Positions 12,202 through 23,644 are shown, counted from the stretch's first letter. The stretch: 56,461 nucleotides of DNA from an uncultured Gammaproteobacteria bacterium (GCA_964342675.1 CAYFFR010000004.1:1-56461), one strand, 5' to 3'. Notes: generated by a model from the sequence alone, not told the origin. Program-made: numbers and translations.

Positions 12202-14483
12202 AAAAAAATGTCGAATACGATTCAATCAAACTAAAAGACTATGCTGAAGAATCTTATCTAAATTATTCAATGTATGTAATTTTAGATAGAGCATTGCCTC
12301 ATATAGGTGATGGAATGAAACCAGTTCAAAGGAGAATCCTTTATGCTATGAGTGAGTTAGGGTTAAATGCAGGAGCTAAATATAAGAAATCAGCTCGAAC
12401 AGTAGGAGACGTAATTGGTAAATTTCACCCTCATGGTGATAGTGCAGCTTATGAAGCAATGGTTTTAATGGCACAACACTTTTCATTTAGATATCCATTA
12501 GTTGACGGACAGGGGAATTGGGGCTCACAAGACGATCCGAAATCATTTGCTGCTATGAGATATACAGAGTCAAGATTGACATCCTTTGCTAATCTCTTGC
12601 TTGATGAGTTAAAACTAGGAACAGTTGATTGGCAACCAAATTTTGATGGTTCTTTGTTGGAGCCAGTTATTCTGCCATCAAAAATTCCAAATATCATTCT
12701 CAATGGAACAACTGGTATAGCTGTAGGCATGGCTACGGATATTCCATCCCATAATATTAATGAAGTTATTGATGCATGTGTCAGTTTATTGGGGAATCGA
12801 AAGCTAGAAAATAAAGAATTACTAAAAATTATTCAAGGACCAGACTTTTCTAATGCTGCCCCAATTATTGCAACTGATGAAGAGCTTGAAGAGCTTTATT
12901 CAACAGGAAGAGGCGCATTTAAAATGCAAGCTGCATGGGAAAGAGTCAAGAATGAGGTGGTGATCAATGCGCTTCCACATCAAGCATCAGGATCGAAGAT
13001 CTTAGAGCAAATTGCTGATCAAATGACTAAGAAAAAACTACCAATGGTAGTTGACTTGAGAGATGAAGGAGATCATTCAGAGCCAGTAAGATTAGTAGTA
13101 TCACTAAAGTCTAATCGTGTAAATGCTGATGAAGTTATGAATCACTTATTTGCTACAACAGATTTACAGAAGAATTTTAGAGTTAATTTAAATATCATTA
13201 ATCGACAAGGCTCTCCCAGAGTGTTCTCTTTAAAAGATTTATTGCTGGAATGGTTGAAGTTTAGACAGGAAACCGTTCTTAGAAAACTTCAACATAGGTT
13301 AGATCAGGTTAATGACAGAATGCATATTCTAGAAGGGCTTTTAATAGTCTATCTAGATCTTGAGAAAGTTATCAAGATTATTCGCACCAGTAATCATCCT
13401 AAAAAGGATCTAATTAAGAAATTTAAAATTAGTGAGATTCAAGCTAATGCTATTTTAGAGATTAGGTTGCGTCAGTTAGCTAAATTGGAGCAAATCAAAC
13501 TCGAAGAAGAACAAAACGACTTAATCAATGAAAGAAAATACTTAGAGCAAATTATTGGATCTAAATCAAGATTAAAGACCTATCTAAAAAAAGAATTGCT
13601 TGAGATTAAAGAACAGTATGGGGAAGAAAGAAAATCACCGATTAAATCTGAAACTGAAGCAAAAGCTTTTTCTGATGAAGAATTAATATCAACTGAACCA
13701 ATAACTGTTATTTTATCTAAAGCTGGATGGATAAGATCTGCAAAAGGACATGATATTGACCCAAGCAACCTAACATTTAGAGGAGATGATAGCCTGAAAC
13801 ATTTTGCCCAAGGAAGAAATAATCAGCTTGCAATTTTCTTTGATTCAGGCGGGAAAGCATTTTCATTACCCGCTCACTCTTTACCTTCTGCTAGGGGGTT
13901 AGGTGAGCCCTTAACTGGCAGAGTTGCCTCTGAATCTGGCGTTACTTTTGAAGGAGTTGCAATGGGAGGAGATGAATCTCAAATTATAATTTCGAATACA
14001 GCAGGCTATGGATTTATTAGCAACTTATCTAATGCAATCTCAAATCAGAAAAAAGGTAAGGCATTTATGAAGACCCCTGAGAATTCAAAGACTCTCCCGC
14101 CTATTTTATTAAATGATAATCACAAGTATTTAGTTGCAGTAATTGCATCACAAAATAAGAAAAATAAAGTTGAAAACAAAATGCTAATATTTGCAATAGA
14201 GGAGCTACCCATTCTGCCCAAAGGAAAAGGTAATAAAATCATTAATATCCCTACTCAAGCTTTTAAAGAAGGCAAAGAATTTATGATGGCTGTATGCTGT
14301 TTAGCAGAAGATAGCAAACTATATATTTATCATGAAGGTAAGACCGGAGGCAAAGCTTGGACAATCAAAGAGCTTGAAGGTTATTTCTCTGTTAGAGCTA
14401 AAAGAGGTAAGTTACTCCCATCTGGTTACAATGGAGAGATTAGGCTAGAAGAAATTAAAGCTCTTGAAGTTGAGAATGAATAG
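12198..14483 (+). CDS. parC: DNA topoisomerase IV subunit A
   Basis: [48 protein letters not shown]. Confidence 0.97.
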   Translation: MKKNVEYDSIKLKDYAEESYLNYSMYVILDRALPHIGDGMKPVQRRILYAMSELGLNAGAKYKKSARTVGDVIGKFHPHGDSAAYEAMVLMAQHFSFRYPLVDGQGNWGSQDDPKSFAAMRYTESRLTSFANLLLDELKLGTVDWQPNFDGSLLEPVILPSKIPNIILNGTTGIAVGMATDIPSHNINEVIDACVSLLGNRKLENKELLKIIQGPDFSNAAPIIATDEELEELYSTGRGAFKMQAAWERVKNEVVINALPHQASGSKILEQIADQMTKKKLPMVVDLRDEGDHSEPVRLVVSLKSNRVNADEVMNHLFATTDLQKNFRVNLNIINRQGSPRVFSLKDLLLEWLKFRQETVLRKLQHRLDQVNDRMHILEGLLIVYLDLEKVIKIIRTSNHPKKDLIKKFKISEIQANAILEIRLRQLAKLEQIKLEEEQNDLINERKYLEQIIGSKSRLKTYLKKELLEIKEQYGEERKSPIKSETEAKAFSDEELISTEPITVILSKAGWIRSAKGHDIDPSNLTFRGDDSLKHFAQGRNNQLAIFFDSGGKAFSLPAHSLPSARGLGEPLTGRVASESGVTFEGVAMGGDESQIIISNTAGYGFISNLSNAISNQKKGKAFMKTPENSKTLPPILLNDNHKYLVAVIASQNKKNKVENKMLIFAIEELPILPKGKGNKIINIPTQAFKEGKEFMMAVCCLAEDSKLYIYHEGKTGGKAWTIKELEGYFSVRAKRGKLLPSGYNGEIRLEEIKALEVENE

Positions 14484-15660
14484 CTTCTCTCAAGATTGCG
14501 AGGCCCTTTAAAATTACATTGTCCTCAATAATTAGACTAGGTGCTATTCTTATCGTGTTATTATTTGCTTTTAAGATCATTAATCCTTTTTCATAGCAAG
14601 CTTTCATCACAGAGTCCAAATTAAAGCTATTTGTAGTATTTAATTTACATCCTATCCATAAGCCAGCACTCCTAATTTCGCTAAAGCACTTAAACTCTTT
14701 ATTAATATTATCTAGTTCTTGAGTAAATATTTTTTCTTTTTTCAGTACTCCATTAAGCAAAGTTTTCTTAGATAATAGATTCATAACCTCAACAGCAACC
14801 GCGCATGCCAGGGGGTTACCACCAAACGTAGAACCATGTGATCCAAGCTGCATACAATCTGCAATCTTAGATGAAGTCAGGATAGCACCTATAGGTATTC
14901 CACCTCCTATTCCTTTTGCACAGCACATAATGTCTGGCTTAATTGCAAATTGTTCATATGCAAACAATGTACCAGTCCTACCTGCCCCTGATTGGACTTC
15001 ATCAATAATAATCAAAGCTTGATTTTGTTTACAAAGTTTTTTGATCTTTTGAATGAAATCTCTATTAGCTTTAATTATTCCAGCTTCTCCTTGAACTAGT
15101 TCAACGATAACAGCAGCGGTATTCTTATTAATAACCTTTTCAAGATCCTTGGTTTGATTATATGGATGATGTTTGATGCCGCGTGGCATGGGACCAAACC
15201 CCTCAACAAATCTATTGGATCCATTCAAGGCTATAGCCATTATTGTTCTCCCATGAAACGCATCAGAAAAGGCAACTATTTCATTTTTTTTCTTATTGAT
15301 GTTTGTATATGCATATTTTCTTGCAGTTTTTATGGCTCCCTCAACAGCCTCAGCCCCAGAGTTAGAGAAAAAAACTTTTTCTGCAAAAGTTTTCTTACAA
15401 AATATTTTTGCTAGCTCTAAAGCAGGTTCATTTGTAAGCAGGTTAGATAAGTGCCAAATTTTCTTTGATTGCCTGGATAATGCTTTGTTTAAAATTGGAT
15501 GACAATGCCCAAGAGATGAAACTGCGATTCCTGATGCAAAATCAATATATTTTTTATTCTTTTTGTCCCATACATAAGAACCTTTTGCTTTACTTGGAAT
15601 GAAACTTGCGGGTTTATAAACCGGCATCATATATTTATTGAAGTCCTTTCGAGTTACCAT
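14455..15660 (-). CDS. argD: Acetyl/succinylornithine aminotransferase (class III)
   Basis: [47 protein letters not shown]; start MVTRKDF at 15660 fits the ArgD/AstC N-terminus. Confidence 0.9.
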   Translation of the reverse strand: MVTRKDFNKYMMPVYKPASFIPSKAKGSYVWDKKNKKYIDFASGIAVSSLGHCHPILNKALSRQSKKIWHLSNLLTNEPALELAKIFCKKTFAEKVFFSNSGAEAVEGAIKTARKYAYTNINKKKNEIVAFSDAFHGRTIMAIALNGSNRFVEGFGPMPRGIKHHPYNQTKDLEKVINKNTAAVIVELVQGEAGIIKANRDFIQKIKKLCKQNQALIIIDEVQSGAGRTGTLFAYEQFAIKPDIMCCAKGIGGGIPIGAILTSSKIADCMQLGSHGSTFGGNPLACAVAVEVMNLLSKKTLLNGVLKKEKIFTQELDNINKEFKCFSEIRSAGLWIGCKLNTTNSFNLDSVMKACYEKGLMILKANNNTIRIAPSLIIEDNVILKGLAILREAIHSQLQEL

Positions 15661-15672
15661 TTGATTATGATA
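15655..15672. promoter_or_regulatory. Candidate symmetric bidirectional -10 element for two leaderless genes
   Basis: TACCAT-ttgatt-ATGATA: plus strand reads TACCAT-N6-ATG, minus strand reads TATCAT-N6-ATG. Confidence 0.5.
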
Positions 15673-16158
15673 AATGTTCAATCATCTAAACAAAATCATT
15701 ATTTTATAGAATTAAGACCAAATTATTCATTCAGGGGGTGGCAAAGAGTCATATTCTTCCTTTTTTTATTTTTAACTTGTCTTGGTATTGGAGTGGGTTT
15801 CTTTATTGTAGGAGCAAAATTAATCTTACCATTTATGGGTTTAGAGTTTATTTTTGTAACCCTAGCCTTTTATTTAAATTTTAAATGGAGTCAACAAAAA
15901 GAAATTATTTATATGAATGATGAGAAAGTTAAAATTGAGAAGGGCAGATTCTTTAAAGATTTTGAATGGGAAGAAAATAGAGCTTTTGTATCTCTAGAAG
16001 TAACAAAGAAAAGCGCAACCTATCAAACCTTAAGCTTTCGATCAAAGGGAAAAACAATTAGTCTCGGGGCTTTTTTAAATAATGAAGATAAAGATTTGTT
16101 GGCAAAAAGACTTACAGAGATCATTAGATCTCTAAATTCATATCTTCCAAGCAGCTAA
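15667..16158 (+). CDS. DUF2244-like integral membrane protein
   Basis: LRPNYS followed by two TM helices with GAKLILPFMGLE; C-terminal LGAFLNNEDK. Confidence 0.8.
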   Translation: MINVQSSKQNHYFIELRPNYSFRGWQRVIFFLFLFLTCLGIGVGFFIVGAKLILPFMGLEFIFVTLAFYLNFKWSQQKEIIYMNDEKVKIEKGRFFKDFEWEENRAFVSLEVTKKSATYQTLSFRSKGKTISLGAFLNNEDKDLLAKRLTEIIRSLNSYLPSS

Positions 16159-17388
16159 TTTCTTTTTGACTTGAACAAGTTTTGGTTTTTTAAAATTAGG
16201 TGAAGTTGTATCGGTAGCATTGATTTTCCCTTTAATTAAAGGTGCAAAGTAATCTACACCTCTTTTAGTTATCCCGAAACCATCTTTAGAGATAAAGGAC
16301 CTAGGTAACTTTTTTTCAACATTAGCAATTTTATTTAATGGAGCTGGCTCTACAGCCCACTTATATGGGTTCTGCGATACTCGTTTTATGATAGGCATCA
16401 CTGAATGCATATTTTTTTCTGCATATTGAATTGCCTTCTTTCCTACCTCATAAGCTTGAGCCAAGTCAACACCTGCAGAAATATGCCGCGCGCTTCTTTG
16501 AAGATAGTCTGCTACAGCCCAATGATTCTTTAATTTAAGTTTATTATTAACTAGGTTAGCGATATTTGGTGCAACCCCACCCAATTGACTGTGTCCGAAT
16601 GCATCTTTACGAGTGCTTTCTGCTAAGAATTTACCCTTAGAATCTTTAATGCCTTCTGATGCGACCACTACACAAAAACCCTTTTTATTCACTACATCAC
16701 TTACTTTATTTACAAATTTAGATTGGTTAAATGTTACTTCAGGGAGCAATATAATATCCGGTGCACCTGGATGACTCTGTTTTGCTAGTACGCTAGATGC
16801 AGCAATCCATCCAGCATGCCTACCCATCACTTCGAGTATAAACACTTTTGTTGAAGTGGCTGCCATTGACTCTACATCTAGAGCTGCTTCAATAGTTGAA
16901 TTGACTACGTATTTTGCAACTGAGCCAAACCCAGGACAACAATCAGTTATGGCAAGATCATTATCAACCGTCTTTGGTATTGCAATACAATTTAGATTGT
17001 ATCCAATTTTTTCACTTGCTTGAGCTATTTTTAAAGCAGTGTCCGCAGAATCATTGCCTCCATTATAAAGAAAGTATCCAATGTCATGGGCCTCAAAAAC
17101 CTCAAAAAGCCTTTCATACTCTCTATAATTATTGCTAAAGCTCTTTAATTTATATCTACAGGATCCAAACACACCTCCTGGCCTGAAGACTAAATTTTTT
17201 ATAAATGATACAGATTCTTTTGAAGTATCAATTAAGTCTTCATTAAGCGCACCCAGTATCCCATTTTTGCCAGCTAACACTTTTTTGATCTTATTACTAT
17301 TTCTTGCTTCAATGATGACAGCTGATGCTGTCGCATTTATTACAGATGTTACTCCACCGGATTGAGCATAAAAGACATTTCTTGTCAT
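16138..17388 (-). CDS. pfp: 6-phosphofructokinase, PPi-dependent signature
   Basis: YAQSGGVTSVIN, YNGGNDSADT, PKTVDNDL, EVMGRHAGW, DAFGHSQLGG. Confidence 0.88.
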   Translation of the reverse strand: MTRNVFYAQSGGVTSVINATASAVIIEARNSNKIKKVLAGKNGILGALNEDLIDTSKESVSFIKNLVFRPGGVFGSCRYKLKSFSNNYREYERLFEVFEAHDIGYFLYNGGNDSADTALKIAQASEKIGYNLNCIAIPKTVDNDLAITDCCPGFGSVAKYVVNSTIEAALDVESMAATSTKVFILEVMGRHAGWIAASSVLAKQSHPGAPDIILLPEVTFNQSKFVNKVSDVVNKKGFCVVVASEGIKDSKGKFLAESTRKDAFGHSQLGGVAPNIANLVNNKLKLKNHWAVADYLQRSARHISAGVDLAQAYEVGKKAIQYAEKNMHSVMPIIKRVSQNPYKWAVEPAPLNKIANVEKKLPRSFISKDGFGITKRGVDYFAPLIKGKINATDTTSPNFKKPKLVQVKKKLAAWKI

Positions 17389-17444
17389 GGGTTTATAATT
17401 TCCTTTTGTTAGACTATGGTAGCAATAGGTTAATTAAATTAAAA

Positions 17445-18740
17445 ATGAAAATTCATATTCTTGGAATTTGTGGAACCTTTATGGGGGGACTTGCAAAGAT
17501 TCTTATTGAAAGCGGTCATCATATTACTGGTTCTGATAGCTCATATTATCCTCCAATGTCAGATCAACTAAAAGATCTAGGAGTGAAATTAACCGAAGGT
17601 TATTCAGTAAACGACCTTCCTAAAGCAGACTTGTATGTAGTTGGCAATGCCTTATCCAGAGGCAATGAAGCAGTGGAGTATATTTTGCAACAAAATATGA
17701 ATTATATATCTGGCCCCGCAATGCTGGGAGAAATTTTAAATGATAAACATGTAATAGCAGTCTCGGGAACGCATGGAAAGACTACTACTACATCGATGAT
17801 ATGCAAGATCTTTAAAGATGCTCATCCAGAAATAGGCTATTTAATTGGAGGAGTTGCTGGAGATTTAGATGGTTCTGCAAGACTTGGCTCAAGTAAGTTT
17901 TTTATTATAGAGGCCGATGAATATGACTCAGCTTTTTTTGATAAGAGATCTAAATTTATCCACTATAAGCCAAATACTTTAATAATAAATAATATTGAAT
18001 ATGATCATGCAGATATTTTTGATGATCTTCTAGATATCTTAAAACAATTTAATCATTTATTAAGAGTTATACCCCCAGATGGAGATATCATTTTTAATAA
18101 CAATGACTCTGCTACATCAGAGTTAATGGAAATGGGTATTTGGTCAAATCCACATATTTTGGGGGCAATGGAAGATTATTCTTTTAATATCGAAAACAAG
18201 ACACTCCAGTGTCAGAGAGAATCTTATGATTTAACTGAATTACCAATCTTTGGTAGTCATAATTTAATGAATGCCGTGATGGCAATTTATACAGCTTCAA
18301 TACATTCAATCAGTGTTAAAAATGCCTTTAATTCTCTTAAGAGCTATCAGGGGGTTAAAAGAAGACTTGAGATTGTATTTGAAGATGAAGAAAGAACCGT
18401 GATTGATGATTTTGCTCATCATCCTACTGCAATTGAAGCCACTACAAGCGCATTAATCGAGCAGTATGATTCGCCAATCTTAGGAGTAATCGAACTAGGC
18501 TCAAACACCATGTCATCAGGCATGCATGGAAGTGATCTTATAAAAAGCGCAGCAGGATTAGATGAAGTATTTTGGTTGGATACAAAAAATACTCTTCAAT
18601 TAGAGAATTCATATAAAGACCTTGAAGAACTTCTCAGTCACCTGAAAGAAAAGATAAGTCAGTATAAACTAATAGTAGTTATGACTAATAAAGACAGCAA
18701 GAAGATCATCAACCCTATTATCGATCATGTTGATCAGTAA
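17445..18740 (+). CDS. mpl: Murein peptide ligase
   Basis: MKIHILGICGTFMGGLA, SGTHGKTTT, EADEYDSAFFDKRSKF, DDFAHHPTAI; start moved to ATG 17445. Confidence 0.95.
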   Translation: MKIHILGICGTFMGGLAKILIESGHHITGSDSSYYPPMSDQLKDLGVKLTEGYSVNDLPKADLYVVGNALSRGNEAVEYILQQNMNYISGPAMLGEILNDKHVIAVSGTHGKTTTTSMICKIFKDAHPEIGYLIGGVAGDLDGSARLGSSKFFIIEADEYDSAFFDKRSKFIHYKPNTLIINNIEYDHADIFDDLLDILKQFNHLLRVIPPDGDIIFNNNDSATSELMEMGIWSNPHILGAMEDYSFNIENKTLQCQRESYDLTELPIFGSHNLMNAVMAIYTASIHSISVKNAFNSLKSYQGVKRRLEIVFEDEERTVIDDFAHHPTAIEATTSALIEQYDSPILGVIELGSNTMSSGMHGSDLIKSAAGLDEVFWLDTKNTLQLENSYKDLEELLSHLKEKISQYKLIVVMTNKDSKKIINPIIDHVDQ

Positions 18741-19326
18741 CTCTTTATCTATTTTCCCATTAGGGATAGTTGTTCTACCCGATAATATTCAGACTTTACA
18801 AATCTTTGAACCAAGATATATAAAAATGGTAAAGAATTGCTTGCAAGATGATATGGGGTTTGTAATAACTCTTATTAATTCTGAACAAGATACTGAGTCA
18901 TTCAAGAGTATTGGAACGTATGTAGAAATTATTGATTTTAATAATCTGCCCAATGGGTTGTTAGGGATAACAGTTAAAGGTATGCATAGAGTAGAAATTA
19001 AGTCAGCCAAAAAAGATGAAGATGGTTTAAATACTGGTTCGATATCTCCTATTTCAGAGCCCAGCGTTGATGACCAGGCTTTGTTAGCAAAGTTTCCAGA
19101 GCTTATTAATGTTCTTGTTCAATTAAAAAATCATCCAAAGATAAGAGAACTTCCTATTGAGATCGATTTATCTTCAGCTGATTCAGTTAGCTACCATTTA
19201 GGAGGATTGATTCCTTTAACTCCCCTGGATAAGCAACTCCTATTAGATGCTTTTGATGCTGGACAAAGATTGAACATTCTATCAAGACTTATCGAAGAAA
19301 TATCTAGCGAAAAACCAAGCACTTAA
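18727..19326 (+). CDS. LON peptidase N-terminal substrate-binding-domain protein
   Basis: IFPLGIVVLP...LQIFEPRY, IIDFNNLPNGLLGITV; follows mpl. Confidence 0.85.
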   Translation: MLISNSLSIFPLGIVVLPDNIQTLQIFEPRYIKMVKNCLQDDMGFVITLINSEQDTESFKSIGTYVEIIDFNNLPNGLLGITVKGMHRVEIKSAKKDEDGLNTGSISPISEPSVDDQALLAKFPELINVLVQLKNHPKIRELPIEIDLSSADSVSYHLGGLIPLTPLDKQLLLDAFDAGQRLNILSRLIEEISSEKPST

Positions 19327-20330
19327 ATTTTTAGGACTTGCTTACCTTTATTTTCTCCTGTAAATAACCTATTTAAGGTTTGAGGGCAATTCTCAATACC
19401 TTCTTGGATATCTTCTCTATGCTTTATTTTGCCTTCCATTGCCCAAGTTGCTATTTCTTGCATGGCATTTTCAGATTTAGACATATAATCTAGAACTAAA
19501 AACCCTTGCATGCTAGCCCTCTTAATTATTAAAGAGAATAGATTTCTAGGCCCAGCTGGCAGGTTAGAAGCATCATAGCCTGAAGATATTCCTCCACATA
19601 GTAGTATCCTTGCATTAATATTTATAAGAAATAGGACTGTTTCTAAAAGGTCTCCACCAACATTATCAAAATACACATCAATTCCATTTTTAGCAATCTT
19701 TGGTAGCTCTTCATGTACGTTTGTATTTTTGTAGTCAATTACATCATCAATACCACACTCTTTTAACCAAGCACATTTTTCTTCACCACCAGCTATTCCA
19801 ATTACATGACAATCTTTCAATTTGGCGATTTGAGCTGCAACTGAACCAGTAGCACCAGCAGCTCCAGATACAAGCACTGTCTCCCCAGGCTTTGGCTTAC
19901 CAAGCTCAAGTAAACCATAGTAGGCAGTAATACCTGTAATTCCTAAAATATTTAACATAGTTGGTATTGGAAGAACATCAGGAACAACCCTAAACCTATC
20001 TTCATCTGTTGGTTTAGTTATACAGTGAGTTTGCCAACCAACAAATCCAAAAGTTAGATCATTAACATTATATTGTGAATTTTTAGATTGAATTACTCGA
20101 CCTATTCCACCAGATCTTATAACCTCTCCAATTTGAACGGGTGGTAGATAGCCTGGTAAGTCATTTAACCAAGTTCTTTGAGTTGGATCAAAAGACAGAT
20201 ACAGATTTTCTATTAATACTTCTCCTTCCTGAAGCTCTCTTACGTCTTCAGTCACTAACTCAAAATCTGAATCCTTAACTAGTCCCTGAGGCCTCTCTTT
20301 TAAGACCCATTTCTTATTCTTTATTGACAT
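19323..20330 (-). CDS. NADP-dependent oxidoreductase (prostaglandin reductase/CurA-like MDR)
   Basis: YLSFDP, GITAYYGL, VSGAAGATGS, DVYFDNVGG, LFTGENKGK. Confidence 0.92.
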   Translation of the reverse strand: MSIKNKKWVLKERPQGLVKDSDFELVTEDVRELQEGEVLIENLYLSFDPTQRTWLNDLPGYLPPVQIGEVIRSGGIGRVIQSKNSQYNVNDLTFGFVGWQTHCITKPTDEDRFRVVPDVLPIPTMLNILGITGITAYYGLLELGKPKPGETVLVSGAAGATGSVAAQIAKLKDCHVIGIAGGEEKCAWLKECGIDDVIDYKNTNVHEELPKIAKNGIDVYFDNVGGDLLETVLFLININARILLCGGISSGYDASNLPAGPRNLFSLIIKRASMQGFLVLDYMSKSENAMQEIATWAMEGKIKHREDIQEGIENCPQTLNRLFTGENKGKQVLKI

Positions 20331-20904
20331 TTTTTTTCCTTTTTAAAAATAGTATTACTACAAGAGTAATTATGATACCAAGTAATATATATATGTACGA
20401 TGGGACATTTTTCAAGGTTCTTAGCCAGTGTTCTCCATATGTTGCAATGAATTGAGTCCCATAATAAATTGGGATTGTCAGAGAGGCTATCCACACTATT
20501 CCGCTTGCTAGAGAAATTATTATAAAATTCCTGACAGGGTAATTAGTTGTACCTACTAAAAAGGGTATAAACGCTCTTACTGGACCAAAAAACTTACCCA
20601 AGAAAATCGCATATAAACCATATTTTTTAAAGAATGTTTGAGCTTGATTGATTGCAGATTTAATTTTATTACCAGCAACCCTTTTATTAATCAAAGCATT
20701 ACTATACTTTCCAAGATAAAAGCTTATGATGTCTCCTGTCATTGAACCTAATACCCCAAAAAGTATCACCAAGAGAACTGACATCCTTTCTGTGCCTGCT
20801 AATCCAATTGTTATCATTAAAGGCCCTGCACCAGGGAAGAGGACACCTACAAAGGCCAAACTCTCAAGTAGTGCAAAACCAAGAATTGATAGATTTATTA
20901 GCAT
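20314..20904 (-). CDS. DedA-family membrane protein
   Basis: LESLAFVGVLFPG, GDIISFYLG, FLGKFFGPVRAFIP. Confidence 0.88.
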   Translation of the reverse strand: MLINLSILGFALLESLAFVGVLFPGAGPLMITIGLAGTERMSVLLVILFGVLGSMTGDIISFYLGKYSNALINKRVAGNKIKSAINQAQTFFKKYGLYAIFLGKFFGPVRAFIPFLVGTTNYPVRNFIIISLASGIVWIASLTIPIYYGTQFIATYGEHWLRTLKNVPSYIYILLGIIITLVVILFLKRKKNVNKE

Positions 20905-20988
20905 TATTTAGATATTCTAATCCTATTAACTATGCCCATGGCAGATAACTCAATTTTTTTTCAATTAATTTACCAAAGCTTTCAATAA

Positions 20989-21330
20989 ATGTCGGGGACT
21001 GATTCTCTTAAAATTTGTAAAAGTGCTTTGGAAGACTTAAAAGCTAAAGATATTTTGACTCTTAAAATCGGAGAAAATTCTTCTTTTGCTGAATGGCTTG
21101 TTATTGCCTCAGCAACATCTAATCGACATGCAAAAGCGTTAGCAGAAAAATTAGTTGATGCATTAAAGGTGCATAACAAAAAGATCATAGGTGTTGAGGG
21201 TAGGGATAATGCGGAATGGGTTCTAATCGATTGTGGAGATATTGTAATTAATATTATGCAACAAGAAATACGAGATTTTTATGATTTAGAGAGTTTATGG
21301 GGTGACCAATCTTTATTGATTGTTAGATAA
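20989..21330 (+). CDS. rsfS: Ribosome silencing factor
   Basis: LEDLKAKDI, IASATSNRH, EWVLIDCGDIVI, RDFYDLESLW. Confidence 0.95.
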   Translation: MSGTDSLKICKSALEDLKAKDILTLKIGENSSFAEWLVIASATSNRHAKALAEKLVDALKVHNKKIIGVEGRDNAEWVLIDCGDIVINIMQQEIRDFYDLESLWGDQSLLIVR

Positions 21331-21332
21331 TC

Positions 21333-21797
21333 ATGAAATTTAATATTTTTACAATCTCTAATAAAATGAAGAGCTGGGAAGAAAGCGGCATTAATTTCTA
21401 CCAGAAGCAATTAGCCCACAATCATTGCATTAATTTCCATAACCTTAAGATCAAGCATGCACGGAATTCAAGCAAAGAGGATATTATAAAAAAAGAATCA
21501 GACATTATTATGAAATCCACCCATAATCTTTCTAATAGCATAGTTTGGGAAAGAAGCGGAAAGCCTATCTCAAGCTTAGGACTTGCTAAAGTCTTTAATG
21601 ATTTTGAGCAATATACTAATTCAATTGACTTAATCATAGGAGGTGCTTATGGTCTCTCATCGGAAATCATCACAACCTCTAATTATGTTTTTTCTGCATC
21701 AAAGCTAACTTTTCCTCATAAATTATTTAAAATCGTTTTATGTGAGCAGATTTATCGAGCTTGTAAAATAAATACTAATCATCCATACCACAAATAA
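21333..21797 (+). CDS. rlmH: 23S rRNA pseudouridine-1915 N3-methyltransferase
   Basis: IIGGAYGL, SKLTFPH, EQIYRA, HPYHK; lies between rsfS and mrdA. Confidence 0.9.
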   Translation: MKFNIFTISNKMKSWEESGINFYQKQLAHNHCINFHNLKIKHARNSSKEDIIKKESDIIMKSTHNLSNSIVWERSGKPISSLGLAKVFNDFEQYTNSIDLIIGGAYGLSSEIITTSNYVFSASKLTFPHKLFKIVLCEQIYRACKINTNHPYHK

Positions 21798-21799
21798 AT

Positions 21800-23644
21800 A
21801 TGGAATTTGAAGAGAGAGAACTAGAGAGGAGCACTTTCATTAGAAGAGCCTTAGTGTTAATAGGCTTTTTTCTTATCTTAATTTTTGTTTTCTTAGCAAG
21901 AACATTTTCTTTGCAAATATCTCAATTCTCTCAATTTGATGAAGCATCAATAAGCAATAGGACATATAAAGTTCCAGTTCAACCTCTAAGGGGTAAAATT
22001 TTAGATCGTAATGGCATATCTTTAATGAGGAATATAGCCACTTATGATTTAATAACTCTTCCAAATAATATTAAAGATATAGATGAATTTTTGGATTCTG
22101 TGGGTGATCTTATTGAATTATCCAGTCAAGAAAAAACCGAATTCAAAGAAAAATTTGAATCTAAAGCATTCTTTAATAAAGAGCTTGTATTAAAGAGAGA
22201 TCTATCACAACATGAAATTTCTAAATTTGAAGTCAGACAGTTTCGTTTTCCAAGCTCATTCGTAGAAAAGCGTTATCAAAGATTTTCTGATCAGAATACT
22301 GCTTTTGCTCATGTTTTGGGCCATACAGGAAATCTTATAGACGAATATGCATTAACAGAAACTGGTTTTACTTCACAGAGCTGGAGTGATGGCATCTTTT
22401 CTTACTCTAGTGGCTTAATCGAAGGGAAGTCTGGTTTAGAGAAAACTTATGATAAAACCCTAAAGGGTAAGTTTGGATTTAAGGTTTATGAAGTTGATGC
22501 AAGGGGTAGGTTATTAAATGAGATAAATTTCCAACCCCCCATAAATGGCTCAGATTTGTATACAACCTTAGATTATTACGCTCAACTAGAGGCTGAGAGA
22601 CTAATGAATCAAAGGCGTGGTGCAGTTGTTGCTGTTGATTTATTAGATGGAGGAATTGTTACTCTATATAGCTCACCATCATACTCAATTAATCGATTAT
22701 CTAATGGGATATCCAATAATGAGTACAATCAATTAGAGAATGATGATAACAAGCCTTTTTTTAATAGAGCGGTATCTGGTAGATATCCTCCAGCTTCAAC
22801 TATTAAGCCAGCAATGGCAATGTTTGGGATTAGTCAGGACATTGTAGATTGGCCTACTCTAATTAATGACCCCGGTTACTTTGTTTTGCCTGAAGATGGT
22901 AGGATTTATAGAGGCTGGAAAGAGGATGGTCATGGCAATATCAATCTTCAAGAAGCAATTACAAAAAGCTCAAATACTTATTTTTTTAATGTCGCATATA
23001 TGTCTGATATTAATAAATTAGGTCAACATTTACGCTTATTAGGTTTTGGAAGAAAAGTTTGCATTGATTGTTTTGAAGAAGTTCAAGGTCTAGTTCCAGG
23101 ACCTCAATGGAAATTGAACAATTTTTTGTCAGGCTGGTCTAAGGGAGATACAGTTAATTTAGGAGTCGGTCAAGGATATGCTATTACAACACCTCTACAG
23201 TTAGCTAATTATGCTTCAATAGTTGCAAATGAAGGATCAGAAGTAAAAATGCATTTAAATCGAGATTTAGGGAAACAAGATATTATTGCAGAAAGTATTT
23301 TTAATAATTTCAAGAGCTTAGATTGGGAGTTACTTCATGGAGCTATGGAGGGCGTGATTGAATCAAACCAAGGAACAGCAAGAAGATTAAAAGATATGAA
23401 GACTTTCAGAGTGGCTGCTAAAACTGGGACGGGGGAATTATTGGGTCTTGAGACTAGAGAAGAATATGAAATCGTCCGTAAGGATGAGAGATTAAGAGAT
23501 CATGCTGTCATCATAGCTTTTGGTCCAATGCCAAACCCGCGATACGCTATTAGCGTGATAGTAGAGAACGGAGAAAGCGGTGGTGCAGTTGCTGGCCCAA
23601 TAGCAATCGGTGTTTTGAAGACATTAATTAAACAAAGTGAATAG
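21800..23644 (+). CDS. mrdA: Penicillin-binding protein 2
   Basis: N-terminal TM, RGKILDRNG, PPASTIK (SxxK), SSN, KTGT. Confidence 0.95.
   Translation: MEFEERELERSTFIRRALVLIGFFLILIFVFLARTFSLQISQFSQFDEASISNRTYKVPVQPLRGKILDRNGISLMRNIATYDLITLPNNIKDIDEFLDSVGDLIELSSQEKTEFKEKFESKAFFNKELVLKRDLSQHEISKFEVRQFRFPSSFVEKRYQRFSDQNTAFAHVLGHTGNLIDEYALTETGFTSQSWSDGIFSYSSGLIEGKSGLEKTYDKTLKGKFGFKVYEVDARGRLLNEINFQPPINGSDLYTTLDYYAQLEAERLMNQRRGAVVAVDLLDGGIVTLYSSPSYSINRLSNGISNNEYNQLENDDNKPFFNRAVSGRYPPASTIKPAMAMFGISQDIVDWPTLINDPGYFVLPEDGRIYRGWKEDGHGNINLQEAITKSSNTYFFNVAYMSDINKLGQHLRLLGFGRKVCIDCFEEVQGLVPGPQWKLNNFLSGWSKGDTVNLGVGQGYAITTPLQLANYASIVANEGSEVKMHLNRDLGKQDIIAESIFNNFKSLDWELLHGAMEGVIESNQGTARRLKDMKTFRVAAKTGTGELLGLETREEYEIVRKDERLRDHAVIIAFGPMPNPRYAISVIVENGESGGAVAGPIAIGVLKTLIKQSE

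Noticed and set aside
17325-17444. N-terminal extension of mpl in the ORF track (likewise tolC, hemB, leuS, argD, coaD, lptE)
   Set aside because: The extensions overlap neighbouring genes or lack family similarity; downstream ATGs give the canonical N-termini.
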